Assembly (NCBI RefSeq): GCF_048403405.1
Contig: NZ_CP183129.1
Length of the DNA: 64,000 bases
Source: Escherichia coli
GTDB lineage: Bacteria > Pseudomonadota > Gammaproteobacteria > Enterobacterales > Enterobacteriaceae
Strand: one strand, 5' to 3'
Part shown: one piece after another, positions 54,806-64,000 of the stretch
Numbering within the stretch: the stretch's first letter is position 1
Layout of the letters: each line of letters starts with the position of its first letter
The notes under the pieces: generated by a model
What the model saw: the letters and a program-made list of their open reading frames with translations, nothing else
Databases searched by the model: none
What the model was told of the DNA's origin: nothing
Position numbers and translations under genes: made by a program

Positions 54806-56644
54806 TTAATCAGCCAGATAAGGTTCAACTTTATCTTCCCATACACTAAATAAAGGCAAACAAGTTAAATAAAAGATAAAGACACAGGCAAAAACTGAAG
54901 TTGGTTGATAACAATGATTTACAGTATACCTGCCATGAGCCATCGTGTGTCTAATTGCAGCACCACCTTTCATATTGAACAATAAATCCATAGTCAATAC
55001 ATGATCACTATCAAAAACACCTTCCATTTCACTCCTATAATTTGCAAGCATTTGAGATAGGCTAGTAGCCTCCTCAAAAAGCGACACATCTATTTTCGTT
55101 GTTTCTTTTCTTCTTAATTCTAAAATCCATCTAATTGAATTCTCCAATTGCGGCAATAACAAATAACAGGCAGACACATAATCTCCCTGCCAAAGCTTAT
55201 AAAACCCCAAAGAAAATATTTCTGCATACCCAGGTGGAACAAATGCACTTTGTTGTGAGATTGGGTCAAATGTATTTTCATTTAATGAATACCTAGCCAA
55301 CACACTTTGCCTAACGACTTCAAACTCACCACAAACATAGACCTGATGCTCAATGTTACTAGTTCTTAAATAATTTGCACAAGCATCATTTAAACTTATA
55401 TCCCCCGCAGGATCCAAAGGTGAACGACTTGCTACAACGCGCCCTCTATCATCATAAACAACCGTTTCACTCATATTAAGAAAAAAATGTTTTTTAGCAT
55501 CGGAACGAGCTCTTTCCATAATTTCACTGGCACTTACAATCTTAAATCTAGCAATTAAAGTTTTAATTACCCTTGAGAAATCCAATTGATTATAAACATG
55601 CTCTTTCTGAGCGATAACATCACTAAGATCCATTGGTATTGCAAAGAAGTGCATTTCATCATTGATTTGATCTCGAATAGAATTCAATTCCTCTCTAATC
55701 TTTTTAATTTCTTCATTCATTCCACCAATTGCTCTAAATTCGCCAAGAGCAACTCTTAACCAATGAGCCTTCAATATTGAAGATGAAGACTGTTCAAATT
55801 GAGCCAATGTTATTTCTGACGCTTTAATTCTGCACCGTCTTCCTTGCTCTTCCATATCGTTTTTAACATATAATTCAGACGCAAAATAAAACAATTTTTT
55901 CACTGCATCAAAATAAGACGCTCCACAATGCTCATCAGCTATCTTTTCTGCATTCTCAGCCAATTGCAAGGGACACAATAAATTATTCTTATAAAGAATT
56001 TCAGAAACTCTTAATACACCGGTGAATATACCAGAGTCTATTAATACATGATATAACCTTAATGTCGAATCAACTATCCCCCCTTGTAGTTGTTTTTTCC
56101 TGCCAATAAGCATGCGCGATATTGCGATACCTCTATCCAAGCAGTCAACAACATCAAAAATATGGATATCACCTGACTCTTGTTTTTCTATTAAAGTATC
56201 GCAAGCATCATTAACCATTAGAGAATATGACTCTATTGCTTTATTGGCAGAGTCTATATCCTTACGGTTATTTATCCATAAAACATCACACACCCTAGAT
56301 ATAATATAAGGATTATCGGAGTTTTCTTTAATACAAGTTAATATTGTTGAAAAACTCTCCTTATAATCTGAAGGCCTATAGCCCCTCTCAGGATAGAGAA
56401 TGATTTTTGGCTCAAAACCGATAATATCACCAGACCTAGAAAATTTAAAATTAAACAACGCACGTAATAAATAGCAAAGCCGCCAAGAACTTACATCGTT
56501 TTTTAGCTTGTAAGATGACAACAACTGAACAAAATAAGACTCCATATCAAAATGAGAATAACTTCTTGGCGATGATAATATACTGGCGTATTCACTTTTT
56601 TTAAAATCATCAACTGAAATAGAAAAAACATCAAACTCGCTCAT
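54806..56644 (-). CDS. large accessory protein of unknown function (612 aa) at the P2 tin/old position
   Basis: ATG 56644 with strong SD AGGTGAGGA; no Walker A or other recognised motif except a possible Rx4H (IRHTMAHGRY) near the C-terminus; AT-rich. Confidence 0.6.
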   Translation of the reverse strand: MSEFDVFSISVDDFKKSEYASILSSPRSYSHFDMESYFVQLLSSYKLKNDVSSWRLCYLLRALFNFKFSRSGDIIGFEPKIILYPERGYRPSDYKESFSTILTCIKENSDNPYIISRVCDVLWINNRKDIDSANKAIESYSLMVNDACDTLIEKQESGDIHIFDVVDCLDRGIAISRMLIGRKKQLQGGIVDSTLRLYHVLIDSGIFTGVLRVSEILYKNNLLCPLQLAENAEKIADEHCGASYFDAVKKLFYFASELYVKNDMEEQGRRCRIKASEITLAQFEQSSSSILKAHWLRVALGEFRAIGGMNEEIKKIREELNSIRDQINDEMHFFAIPMDLSDVIAQKEHVYNQLDFSRVIKTLIARFKIVSASEIMERARSDAKKHFFLNMSETVVYDDRGRVVASRSPLDPAGDISLNDACANYLRTSNIEHQVYVCGEFEVVRQSVLARYSLNENTFDPISQQSAFVPPGYAEIFSLGFYKLWQGDYVSACYLLLPQLENSIRWILELRRKETTKIDVSLFEEATSLSQMLANYRSEMEGVFDSDHVLTMDLLFNMKGGAAIRHTMAHGRYTVNHCYQPTSVFACVFIFYLTCLPLFSVWEDKVEPYLAD

Positions 56645-56798
56645 TCCTCACCTTTAAAGCACTTAACAAACAATCATGGTAAACAATACCAAACTGCAAG
56701 CAACGATTAAATACAGAAAACTCTTTCTGTCGAGATTTTTCAATAACACTAAATATATACAGTACGAAATTATCTAATATTGCGTGAATTTTTGCCAT
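56631..56798 (-). CDS. small hypothetical protein (55 aa) coupling gene A to the 612-aa gene
   Basis: ATG 56798-56796 overlaps the A stop (TAATG); its 3' end overlaps the 612-aa gene start by 14 nt. Confidence 0.35.
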   Translation of the reverse strand: MAKIHAILDNFVLYIFSVIEKSRQKEFSVFNRCLQFGIVYHDCLLSALKVRNERV

Positions 56799-59083
56799 TA
56801 TGTCCACTCCATTACTGTTGAGAATCCCGGCCACTCATCAATGACCGGATACGTGAATTTTTTCCCGCCATAATTTATGGTCGCTCCCCGAGCCAGCGCC
56901 TCAAGCTCCCATCGCTGTGGCCTGATACCGTTCTGAGCAAGGTCAACGCGGATACGGGTAATTTGCATTCGTTCCGACCGGGTCAGTCTGGCCGATGGCG
57001 CTATTTCATGCGGTTTTAACGGGCTTCCGTTTCTTTGCTGACGGTTTGGTCTTCTCAGACCGTGTTTTAATGCACCTCTGAGCGCCCTCACGACCTCCTG
57101 GTCATTCCATTCGATAACACCGTCATCTACCAGATTAAGCACTGCTACGGCGTGTTCAGAAGGCGTGGGAGCCGGTGACGAAGTATCACCACCGGTGAGC
57201 TTTCCACAGTTATTGACAGGACTCCGAGGCGCGGCGATGCCGCTTTTTAAAGTCAACGGCTCAACGACCGGAACTTTCGGCACAATGCGCCAGTCCGTCG
57301 TTCTGGTGATATGAATATGACGCGTGCCGAGATGCGGCGCGTAAATGCCGACCACTCTCTCGACTTCTTCCTCGTACTCGTTAACGTCATCCGACGGGCT
57401 ACGGGCGACCCTGACAGTCTGACAATCGCGCGGGACATTTGCCCCGCCCTGCGCGCTGATATACAACGCAAAATCACCACTGTCTGCGGCGGCGCGTGCA
57501 GCCTCGACGCGTTCGTCAAACTCATCAGCAATGCTGACGCCGCGAGGCAATTTGCGTAGTTCACGGTAAGCCCCCATTGTCGGCAGGCCAACCGTTTTAA
57601 ATTGCGGGATACGCCACGTTGACGCCCATGCGGTAACAGCCGCTGCAGTGTCTTTCAGCGGCCTGCCGGTATCGTTATCGAGCTGACCATCCAGTGCATA
57701 GCCGTCGATATTTTTTGAGATGTATTTCGCGATATATCCCGCAGCACCGCCCCGGTTAAGGTGTTTCGCCTGAAAACGGTTTCGCGCGGCTCCTCTTTCG
57801 TCGCCATCCTCTTTGAGCGCATAGCGACGCATGATTTCGATAATCTGGTTACGCTGGCGTGGATTACAAAAAAGCATCATATGCCAGTGCGGCGTTCCGT
57901 CGTGGTGTGGCTCGACGACTCGCAAACCGTAGACCTGTAAATCATTATCCTTGAATGCCGTGCGCATCAGGCTCCAGATACGGCAGAGATAACGCTGCGC
58001 ATCCTTCGGATTAAATGCCTCATCATTCCAGCCGTGATTAAGCTGCACGGTTTTACTTTCTCCTTTTCCGACCTGACGTGTCGGGTGATACTTTGACGGC
58101 GCGGTCAGCGTGATAAACATCCCCACATCACCCTCTGCGGCGGCGTAACGCTCAATACCGGCGATGGTGTTCATCAGCTCCATCCGGCGAATTTCAGGAT
58201 TAGAAATACTGCCCATCACCTTACTGATAAGGTCGATGCGCTCGCCGGTTTCCCTGTTTTCGAGGTCACACGATTTAAGAAATTCCAGATTTGCCTGGCG
58301 GCGTGCACGCACATCACGAATGGCGTGTTTACTGGCATAAGGAGAACGATCTTTATTGACCTCCCCGACAGCAATCAGTAACGCCTCATGCCAGCGCATA
58401 CGCTGGCCTTTAAGCTGATGAGTCCACCACTCATCGTTAAACAGGCGGGCAATGGCAGAATATGCCTGCCTCGTGGTCATCTGTCCTTTACGGTATTTTT
58501 TCCAGTAGAGCGGGGAAATATTGAAAGCACGTGCAGCGCCAGCAACATGACTATACAGGTGAGCCTGCGCCTCATCCGTAAACAGCGATTCTTTTTCGCC
58601 ATGCGCATCCACCCAGGCATCGCTGAGTTCCTCATACATCATGAAAAGCTGCGATGAGATACGGGCGGCAAACTTTTTCAGCTCCTTGTCATTCATTCCA
58701 GGCAGGCGCGCATAGTGGTCACGCTCTGCCAGAAACAGCAACGACGCGTCGGTGTTCATTTCATGGCGCTGATTCACGCGCTCAATGCGCGGCCATAAAC
58801 GACGCTGAAAAGTGGATGTGAGGAAATAAAACCCGTGTACCGGGCTTTTATTGCGCCGGATGTAGTCATAGCGTGAAGTAAACAGCGAGCGCAAAAAGTA
58901 AGGCAGGCGGTTAATCGTGGATAAAACCCCTTGCACCTGACGCATCTCGTCACGTGTAAGGGGTCTTTCGCGCCCGACGGCCTCGCGTGGCGCGTTCCAT
59001 GCATAAGCACCGGTAAACGTCTTACCGGTGCCTGCGGCAAATGCTGACGGAGGGACAAAACGCCCGGAGGCTTTAACGGCCAT
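56798..59083 (-). CDS. A: replication initiation protein A (rolling-circle nickase)
   Basis: ORF 56798..59125; start placed at ATG 59083 (MAVKASGRFVPP...), 761 aa; catalytic region YIAKYISKNIDGYALDG. Confidence 0.9.
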   Translation of the reverse strand: MAVKASGRFVPPSAFAAGTGKTFTGAYAWNAPREAVGRERPLTRDEMRQVQGVLSTINRLPYFLRSLFTSRYDYIRRNKSPVHGFYFLTSTFQRRLWPRIERVNQRHEMNTDASLLFLAERDHYARLPGMNDKELKKFAARISSQLFMMYEELSDAWVDAHGEKESLFTDEAQAHLYSHVAGAARAFNISPLYWKKYRKGQMTTRQAYSAIARLFNDEWWTHQLKGQRMRWHEALLIAVGEVNKDRSPYASKHAIRDVRARRQANLEFLKSCDLENRETGERIDLISKVMGSISNPEIRRMELMNTIAGIERYAAAEGDVGMFITLTAPSKYHPTRQVGKGESKTVQLNHGWNDEAFNPKDAQRYLCRIWSLMRTAFKDNDLQVYGLRVVEPHHDGTPHWHMMLFCNPRQRNQIIEIMRRYALKEDGDERGAARNRFQAKHLNRGGAAGYIAKYISKNIDGYALDGQLDNDTGRPLKDTAAAVTAWASTWRIPQFKTVGLPTMGAYRELRKLPRGVSIADEFDERVEAARAAADSGDFALYISAQGGANVPRDCQTVRVARSPSDDVNEYEEEVERVVGIYAPHLGTRHIHITRTTDWRIVPKVPVVEPLTLKSGIAAPRSPVNNCGKLTGGDTSSPAPTPSEHAVAVLNLVDDGVIEWNDQEVVRALRGALKHGLRRPNRQQRNGSPLKPHEIAPSARLTRSERMQITRIRVDLAQNGIRPQRWELEALARGATINYGGKKFTYPVIDEWPGFSTVMEWT

Positions 59084-59348
59084 ATGAGCCAAAAGCCTCT
59101 GAACAACGCTTGCTGAGTTGCTCAACCTGCGCGTTTAAATCAGCAAAAGACTTTGCGCTTCCGGTCAGAATATCGTGATGCATCAGGCCGGAAACGAGCT
59201 GGCTTAATTTCGGGTAATAACCAACCACCGCCAGCCATTCCTGACCGGCGTTTTTACCGCTTTCCGCTCTCTTTTTCTCGTGGAGAATAAACTGAAAGCT
59301 GTCACTGGTAACGACATAACGTTCGCCAATTTCAATACGAATGCTCAT
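59073..59348 (-). CDS. hypothetical early protein (P2 orf83 position)
   Basis: 91-aa ORF in early operon upstream of A. Confidence 0.6.
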   Translation of the reverse strand: MSIRIEIGERYVVTSDSFQFILHEKKRAESGKNAGQEWLAVVGYYPKLSQLVSGLMHHDILTGSAKSFADLNAQVEQLSKRCSEAFGSYGR

Positions 59349-59569
59349 GCCATTCTCCGGTAATGTTTGTTTTTTGCTTCAAAGACTGACTGACAGGAAA
59401 CACAACGCGTGGCTGACGGATAAGCCGCACGACGGGCAGCAGGTATTGGCGCGTCACACTCTTCGCAAACCAGCGCAGAAGCACCGCAATGTTTTACCCT
59501 TGCCGCGTTAATCTGGCGCTCCAGTAATTCAGCCTGTTGTTCCTGAATAAAATCTACGTTGTCCGGCAT
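59345..59569 (-). CDS. DksA/TraR-type C4 zinc-finger protein (P2 orf82 position)
   Basis: 74 aa with CEECDAPIP...CVSC four-cysteine motif. Confidence 0.7.
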   Translation of the reverse strand: MPDNVDFIQEQQAELLERQINAARVKHCGASALVCEECDAPIPAARRAAYPSATRCVSCQSVFEAKNKHYRRMA

Positions 59570-59571
59570 TA

Positions 59572-59874
59572 TCAGCTCCTTTTATCGTTAAGTTTCCTGG
59601 ATACATCAGCGCAATAACTGGCAAGTTCTGTCGTTAATTTTGTCAGTTCATCCACTGAGGAAATTTGCTTGTGGAATACAGCGCGTTTAACAAGTAAATT
59701 GACCACATCAGACAGGAGGTTTAATTCATTCTGATAAATCGCGATAACAGATTCAGTGATGTCGCGTTTTTCTTTATCAAGACAAAGTTGAATAAGAGAC
59801 AAATCGCCATTTTTCATAACGGCGATTTTTAAGGCGTTATTCAGTAATACAACTGAATGAGAACAGGACATCAA
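59572..59874 (-). CDS. hypothetical early protein (P2 orf81 position)
   Basis: 100-aa ORF, abutting neighbours. Confidence 0.55.
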   Translation of the reverse strand: MMSCSHSVVLLNNALKIAVMKNGDLSLIQLCLDKEKRDITESVIAIYQNELNLLSDVVNLLVKRAVFHKQISSVDELTKLTTELASYCADVSRKLNDKRS

Positions 59875-60095
59875 AGTACCTCCCCGCGAGACAATCCGAT
59901 ATTGTGAAATTTTTCCGACTCCTGACTGAGCAGCTCGACTATCTCCACGCGGGATAACTCCGCCTTTGTGATATGGCGAATCATGGCGTCAAGATGAGAA
60001 GAAAAGCGCGTCGCAGCGTCGGCCTGTGCTTCGGTTCTGGCCTGTTGCAGCAGTAATGCGTATTTACCGCACTGATTTTCAGAAACTGTATGCAT
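59871..60095 (-). CDS. hypothetical early protein (P2 orf80 position)
   Basis: 74-aa ORF, abutting neighbours. Confidence 0.55.
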   Translation of the reverse strand: MHTVSENQCGKYALLLQQARTEAQADAATRFSSHLDAMIRHITKAELSRVEIVELLSQESEKFHNIGLSRGEVL

Positions 60096-60158
60096 GACTT
60101 TCTCCAGGCAAAAAGAAGCCCCGCACGATTAAGTGCGTTAAAAACTCTGGTTAATTAC

Positions 60159-60659
60159 TTAATGCAGATATTGCTCTGGTTTTACCGACGTCAGAATTGT
60201 CGGTGCATACTCAAACAGACTGAATAATTCACGTAATGCACGGAATAAAGCATCACGCCAGTAACATGATTCTTCATTAATTCGCCAGTATGGCTGGTTA
60301 AATTCTTTTTCTGTCAGTCGTGCGTGCATAAATAAAGTGCGACGCTGACTGACTGTTAAAAAACTAATATATGCATACTCACTTGCGCCAACCTGACGGC
60401 GTTTTGAGAATGCCCCACGCAATTCATCAATTGCACAAACCAGCCGTTCACGTTCGACGTCGTTCATTTCTTCAAAACGCATCGTTGCGTGACGCTGTTT
60501 TAACTGCGCATGGAAGCAAACCGTTAGCCGTTCACGTTCCATCATCTGATTATAATAATCGCATGTCTCCTGCCAGCGAGGGACGGCCAGATGCTTACCA
60601 ATTATCCGGCGCATAGCTGCTGGCTGTTTTTCAACAAGATTGAGCGTCATCACTGTCAT
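60159..60659 (-). CDS. B: replication protein B (helicase loader)
   Basis: 166-aa ORF; size and position match P2 B. Confidence 0.8.
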   Translation of the reverse strand: MTVMTLNLVEKQPAAMRRIIGKHLAVPRWQETCDYYNQMMERERLTVCFHAQLKQRHATMRFEEMNDVERERLVCAIDELRGAFSKRRQVGASEYAYISFLTVSQRRTLFMHARLTEKEFNQPYWRINEESCYWRDALFRALRELFSLFEYAPTILTSVKPEQYLH

Positions 60660-60916
60660 TTCCAGACCCTCCGGCTTTTCAGAAAGGTCAGAGCCTTCTT
60701 TAACGGACTCTGTTTTTTGGTGCGGATAATGATTCCCTTACGCCCCTTACCGTGGGTAATGGTGAAGTCAATCGCCCTTGGGCTTTCGTTACGCAATAAC
60801 TGAGCAATACAACGAGGCTCGTTCATCCTTTCCACCTTAAGCCGCACGGCCATGTCTTGATTTGCTGTAACTAATGCGATTTTTCCAGTCATGCCATTAT
60901 GTCGGAGCTTCATCAA
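60656..60916 (-). CDS. hypothetical early protein (P2 orf78 position)
   Basis: 86-aa ORF between cox-like gene and B. Confidence 0.55.
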   Translation of the reverse strand: MMKLRHNGMTGKIALVTANQDMAVRLKVERMNEPRCIAQLLRNESPRAIDFTITHGKGRKGIIIRTKKQSPLKKALTFLKSRRVWK

Positions 60917-61175
60917 CTAGCTGGGCTGCGTACTTGTCCCACTCACGGCGATTAATCCATAACTCAGCATGACCGCCCGGCTTTAATGGGTCCGTCATAT
61001 AAAAGGCTGGTAACTTGCCTGCTTTCGCCATTTCAGCAACAGCGCGAGGCGTCTTACCGATGTAAAGAGCAAAACCCTCTTTCGAGAGCAAATCCGACGG
61101 TGCGGCTGCAAGTTTGATGTCACATTTTTTACTTTTTGTGAGATCAGATACTTTTTCTCCAACATCGTTATTCAT
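60897..61175 (-). CDS. cox: Cox-like excisionase/transcriptional regulator
   Basis: ORF 60897..61223; HTH-like segment ALYIGKTPRAVAEMAKAGKLPAFYMTDP resembles P2 Cox; start probably ATG 61175 (about 92 aa), uncertain. Confidence 0.65.
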   Translation of the reverse strand: MNNDVGEKVSDLTKSKKCDIKLAAAPSDLLSKEGFALYIGKTPRAVAEMAKAGKLPAFYMTDPLKPGGHAELWINRREWDKYAAQLVDEAPT

Positions 61176-61297
61176 TTCTGATCCAATACTCATTTTGATA
61201 TCCTCAACTTTGGTGCCATTCAACCAGAGCTATTTGAAGCCGCTCTGCGTTGTTCTGGCGTGTCGCATACAACATAAATTACGAGATACGACAATTC
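61176..61297. promoter_or_regulatory. lysogeny/lysis switch region (divergent Pe/Pc promoters and operators)
   Basis: Intergenic region between divergent cox-like and C genes, as in P2. Confidence 0.5.
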
Positions 61298-61609
61298 ATG
61301 TCAAATACACAAATCACATCTCAAGCAGAGAAACTCGCACTTATTCGGGAATCAGAAAGAATGACAAGGAAGCAAGTTGCTGAATTAACTGGAATTAACT
61401 ACAACACCTATGCTGGATATGAGCAGGGAAAAGTAAAGATGTCTTTTGACGCAGGTATGAAATTTTTCAAGCCAGAAAGATTTCGCAAGTACCGTGACTG
61501 GTTCATGTTTGATGAAACTGATCCCGCTGGCGGACAAATAGCCCCGGCGCTCGCGCACATTGGGCAAGACTCAACAACCTTGCACCACTCAGACCAAAAG
61601 ACTGGCTGA
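61298..61609 (+). CDS. C: immunity repressor C (HTH)
   Basis: ORF 61250..61609; start placed at ATG 61298 (MSNTQITSQAEKLALIRESERMTRKQVAELTGINY...); C-terminus GQIAPALAH...SDQKTG resembles P2 C. Confidence 0.8.
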   Translation: MSNTQITSQAEKLALIRESERMTRKQVAELTGINYNTYAGYEQGKVKMSFDAGMKFFKPERFRKYRDWFMFDETDPAGGQIAPALAHIGQDSTTLHHSDQKTG

Positions 61610-61702
61610 CGATTTATTCAGCATATGTGTGCAGTAAATGTACGAAAGAAAATTGCATTAATTTTCAAGTAGTAGAAGTAAACAGCGTCATCGGAGGGCT
61701 TT

Positions 61703-62698
61703 ATGTCTATTAAAAAGCTCGATGATGGTCGTTATGAAGTGGACGTCAGACCGCAGGGTGCAGATGGAAAACGTATCAGGCGGAAATTTAAAACTAAAGG
61801 TGAAGCTCAAGCATTCGAACGTCATGTGCTGGTTAACTACCACAACAAAGAGTGGCTGGAGAAGCCAGCCGACCGCCGAACTCTTACAGAGTTGTTAGGC
61901 AGATGGTGGATATATCACGGAAAATCACATGAGCGTGGAAATATTGAACGGGGGCGTTTGACGACAATAATCGCCAAATTTGCAGAAATGGGGGTGTCCA
62001 GAGCTGACCAGTTAACAAAGAAAACGATAACTGATTATCGAGTTGTAATGATGAACGATGGTCTAAAACCAGCCAGCGTAAATCGGCATCTGGCAATAAT
62101 GAGCGGGATGTTCACCAAGTTAATTGACGCCGGTGAATACCACTCTCACAACCCGTTCCGTGAGGTTAAGCGGTTACGTGAAGCTGTTACAGAAATGGCT
62201 TTTTTGTCCAGTGAAGAGATTACGCGGCTGTTATCCATGCTTGATGGTGATGAGTTAAATGCAACTCTGGTCTGCCTTTCTACTGGTGGACGCTGGAGTG
62301 AAGTGTCTAATTTGAAAGCTGAACACATCATTAACCAGATGGTTACGTTTATGAAAACTAAAAACGGAAAGCGCAGGACAATTCCCGTTTCGCAGGACCT
62401 GATTAAAAGGATCAAGACCAAAAATTCAGGCAGGCTTTTTAATGCCAGTTACTACAAAGTGCGTAACGCTCTCAGGGAAGTAAAACCCGATTTACCTGAC
62501 GGACAAGCAGTACATGTTTTGAGGCATACATTTGCCACACATTTTATAATGAATGGAGGTAACATAATCACATTGCAGCGCATCCTGGGTCATTCTAACA
62601 TTCAGCAAACTATGACCTACGCACACTTTGCACCGGATTTCTTACAAGATGCTGTGACTCTTAACCCGGTGTCAGGAATGTCCATAATGCGTCCATAA
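61703..62698 (+). CDS. int: tyrosine integrase
   Basis: 331 aa; MSIKKLDDGRY N-terminus; catalytic HVLRHTFATH and TYAHF; adjacent to attR. Confidence 0.9.
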   Translation: MSIKKLDDGRYEVDVRPQGADGKRIRRKFKTKGEAQAFERHVLVNYHNKEWLEKPADRRTLTELLGRWWIYHGKSHERGNIERGRLTTIIAKFAEMGVSRADQLTKKTITDYRVVMMNDGLKPASVNRHLAIMSGMFTKLIDAGEYHSHNPFREVKRLREAVTEMAFLSSEEITRLLSMLDGDELNATLVCLSTGGRWSEVSNLKAEHIINQMVTFMKTKNGKRRTIPVSQDLIKRIKTKNSGRLFNASYYKVRNALREVKPDLPDGQAVHVLRHTFATHFIMNGGNIITLQRILGHSNIQQTMTYAHFAPDFLQDAVTLNPVSGMSIMRP

Positions 62699-62729
62699 AC
62701 CAGAGTTAACTAGAGCCAATTGAAGCGAT

Positions 62730-63527
62730 ATGAGTAATTTAACTAATTGTAATACAACAGAAAATACCGCTACGGCGGGGGCTACCAAGTCAGTTATTGG
62801 TCGCATTCACTCCTTTGAATCCTGTGGAACCGTAGACGGCCCGGGTATTCGCTTTATCACCTTTTTCCAGGGCTGCCTGATGCGCTGCCTGTATTGTCAT
62901 AACCGCGACACCTGGGACACGCATGGCGGTAAAGAAGTTACCGTTGAAGATTTAATGAAAGAGGTGGTGACCTATCGCCACTTTATGAACGCTTCCGGCG
63001 GCGGCGTTACCGCATCCGGCGGTGAAGCAATCCTGCAAGCTGAGTTTGTTCGTGACTGGTTCCGCGCCTGCAAAAAAGAAGGCATTCATACCTGTCTGGA
63101 CACCAACGGTTTTGTTCGTCGTTACGATCCGGTGATTGATGAACTGCTGGAAGTAACCGACCTGGTAATGCTCGATCTCAAACAGATGAACGACGAGATC
63201 CACCAAAATCTGGTTGGAGTTTCAAACCACCGCACGCTGGAGTTCGCCAAATATCTGGCGAACAAAAATGTGAAGGTGTGGATCCGCTACGTTGTTGTCC
63301 CAGGCTGGTCTGACGATGACGATTCAGCGCATCGCCTCGGTGAATTTACCCGTGATATGGGCAACGTTGAGAAAATCGAGCTTCTCCCCTACCACGAACT
63401 TGGCAAACACAAATGGGTGGCGATGGGTGAAGAATACAAACTTGATGGTGTTAAACCACCGAAGAAAGAGACCATGGAACGCGTGAAAGGCATTCTTGAG
63501 CAGTACGGTCATAAGGTAATGTTCTAA
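62730..63527 (+). CDS. pflA: pyruvate formate-lyase activating enzyme with phage-derived N-terminal extension
   Basis: Radical-SAM motif CLMRCLYC; matches PflA from [11 protein letters not shown] onward; the native ATG is absent here (AAG TCA GTT) and the only in-frame start is ATG 62730, adding about 19 residues. Confidence 0.85.
   Translation: MSNLTNCNTTENTATAGATKSVIGRIHSFESCGTVDGPGIRFITFFQGCLMRCLYCHNRDTWDTHGGKEVTVEDLMKEVVTYRHFMNASGGGVTASGGEAILQAEFVRDWFRACKKEGIHTCLDTNGFVRRYDPVIDELLEVTDLVMLDLKQMNDEIHQNLVGVSNHRTLEFAKYLANKNVKVWIRYVVVPGWSDDDDSAHRLGEFTRDMGNVEKIELLPYHELGKHKWVAMGEEYKLDGVKPPKKETMERVKGILEQYGHKVMF
62788..62800. repeat. prophage attachment-site core, right copy (attR), inside pflA 5' coding sequence
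   Basis: GTCAGTTATTGGT identical to 27166-27178; continues into pflA codons (CGC ATT CAC ...). Confidence 0.75.
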
Positions 63528-63538
63528 TTTCCCCGTAA

Positions 63539-63570
63539 AGCGGCAACTTTTTTGAGTTGCCGCTTTTTTA
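63539..63570 (+). terminator. pflA intrinsic terminator
   Basis: AGCGGCAAC-(loop)-GTTGCCGCT followed by TTTTTT, 12 nt after pflA stop. Confidence 0.65.
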
Positions 63571-63736
63571 TTCCGCTCTGCATAAATAATTCAGAGCTCT
63601 ATTTCTAACGCCCTTACAGCACAGCTTCCAAATGTATTACCCAAACCGCCAGTATATGTCCTGCGGCTTACGCGCATTTCTCGATTATGTAAAAACGGGT
63701 CAGATCTGCCAGAGTCAGCGTCACCGACCACAATAA

Positions 63737-64000
63737 TTATTTACCATTCGCTTTACGCGCCAGCAGCGGGAATATCAGTCCTAATCCTACCAACACAAAC
63801 GGCGTTGCAACATTCAGCGCCAACTGGAAGGTCCACTCTGCAGTGAAGGCTTCCATTTTCGGGAAAATACCAGTCAAACAGGCAAAGGCGGTAAAGGCAA
63901 AACACCAAATCCCGACGGTCATTGCCAGAGGCTTATTACGAATAAAGACATATTCTGGTTTATATTTCTGCGCCAGGCGAACGACTGCAATAAATGCAAC
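63737..64000 (-). CDS. membrane (transporter-like) protein, C-terminal portion; gene start lies beyond window end
   Basis: Minus-strand frame open from the window end to the stop at 63737; hydrophobic helices; convergent with pflA. Confidence 0.5.
   Translation of the reverse strand, partial: VAFIAVVRLAQKYKPEYVFIRNKPLAMTVGIWCFAFTAFACLTGIFPKMEAFTAEWTFQLALNVATPFVLVGLGLIFPLLARKANGK

Larger units (their letters stand above)
27166..62800. mobile_element. P2-family prophage (about 35.6 kb), apparently complete, integrated in the 5' end of pflA
   Basis: Full P2 gene order from ogr to int; 19-nt P2-type cos sequence at 54626-54644; 13-bp direct repeats at both ends; tyrosine integrase adjacent to attR. 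Confidence 0.9.

Noticed and set aside
62730-62789. Possibility that the N-terminal extension of pflA is only an ORF-caller artefact and the gene still starts at its native position
   Set aside because: Rejected as a full explanation: the native ATG is replaced by AAG at 62786-62788, and the next in-frame Met lies inside the CLMRCLYC cysteine motif, so an upstream start is needed for an intact enzyme. A non-canonical start between 62730 and 62789 cannot be excluded.

Overview
The window is an Escherichia coli-type chromosomal segment carrying a roughly 35.6 kb P2-family prophage inserted into the first codons of pflA. Gene identities come from reading the translated ORFs against remembered protein families; no database search was run. 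Positions 1-26972 are conserved host core genes, in reverse-complement orientation relative to the K-12 map as I recall it: mukB (partial), mukE, mukF, smtA/cmoM, elyC, ycbJ, kdsB, ycaR, ycaQ, lpxK, msbA, ycaI, ihfB, rpsA, cmk, ycaL, aroA, serC, ycaP, ycaO, focA, pflB. The prophage (27166-62800) is bounded by a 13-bp direct repeat GTCAGTTATTGGT and has a complete-looking P2 backbone: ogr, D, U, T, E/E', FII, FI, G, H, I, J, W, V, S, R, lysC/B/A, K, Y, X, L, M, N, O, P, Q, cos, A, B, cox, C, int. The pflA body (from 62730) and the 3' end of a membrane protein gene follow. The candidate novel biology sits in three AT-rich accessory loci at the classical P2 variable positions. (1) FI-G (Z/fun position): an HNH-nuclease-domain protein and a convergent HEXXH-motif protein. 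(2) V-S (orf30 position): a 261-aa membrane protein. (3) Flanking cos: a retron-type reverse transcriptase translationally coupled to a 2-TM membrane protein on one side, and a 612-aa protein of unrecognised fold coupled to gene A through a 55-aa ORF on the other. All are plausible anti-phage or superinfection-exclusion modules, but their functions are inferred, not demonstrated. No tRNA, rRNA or CRISPR array was seen.
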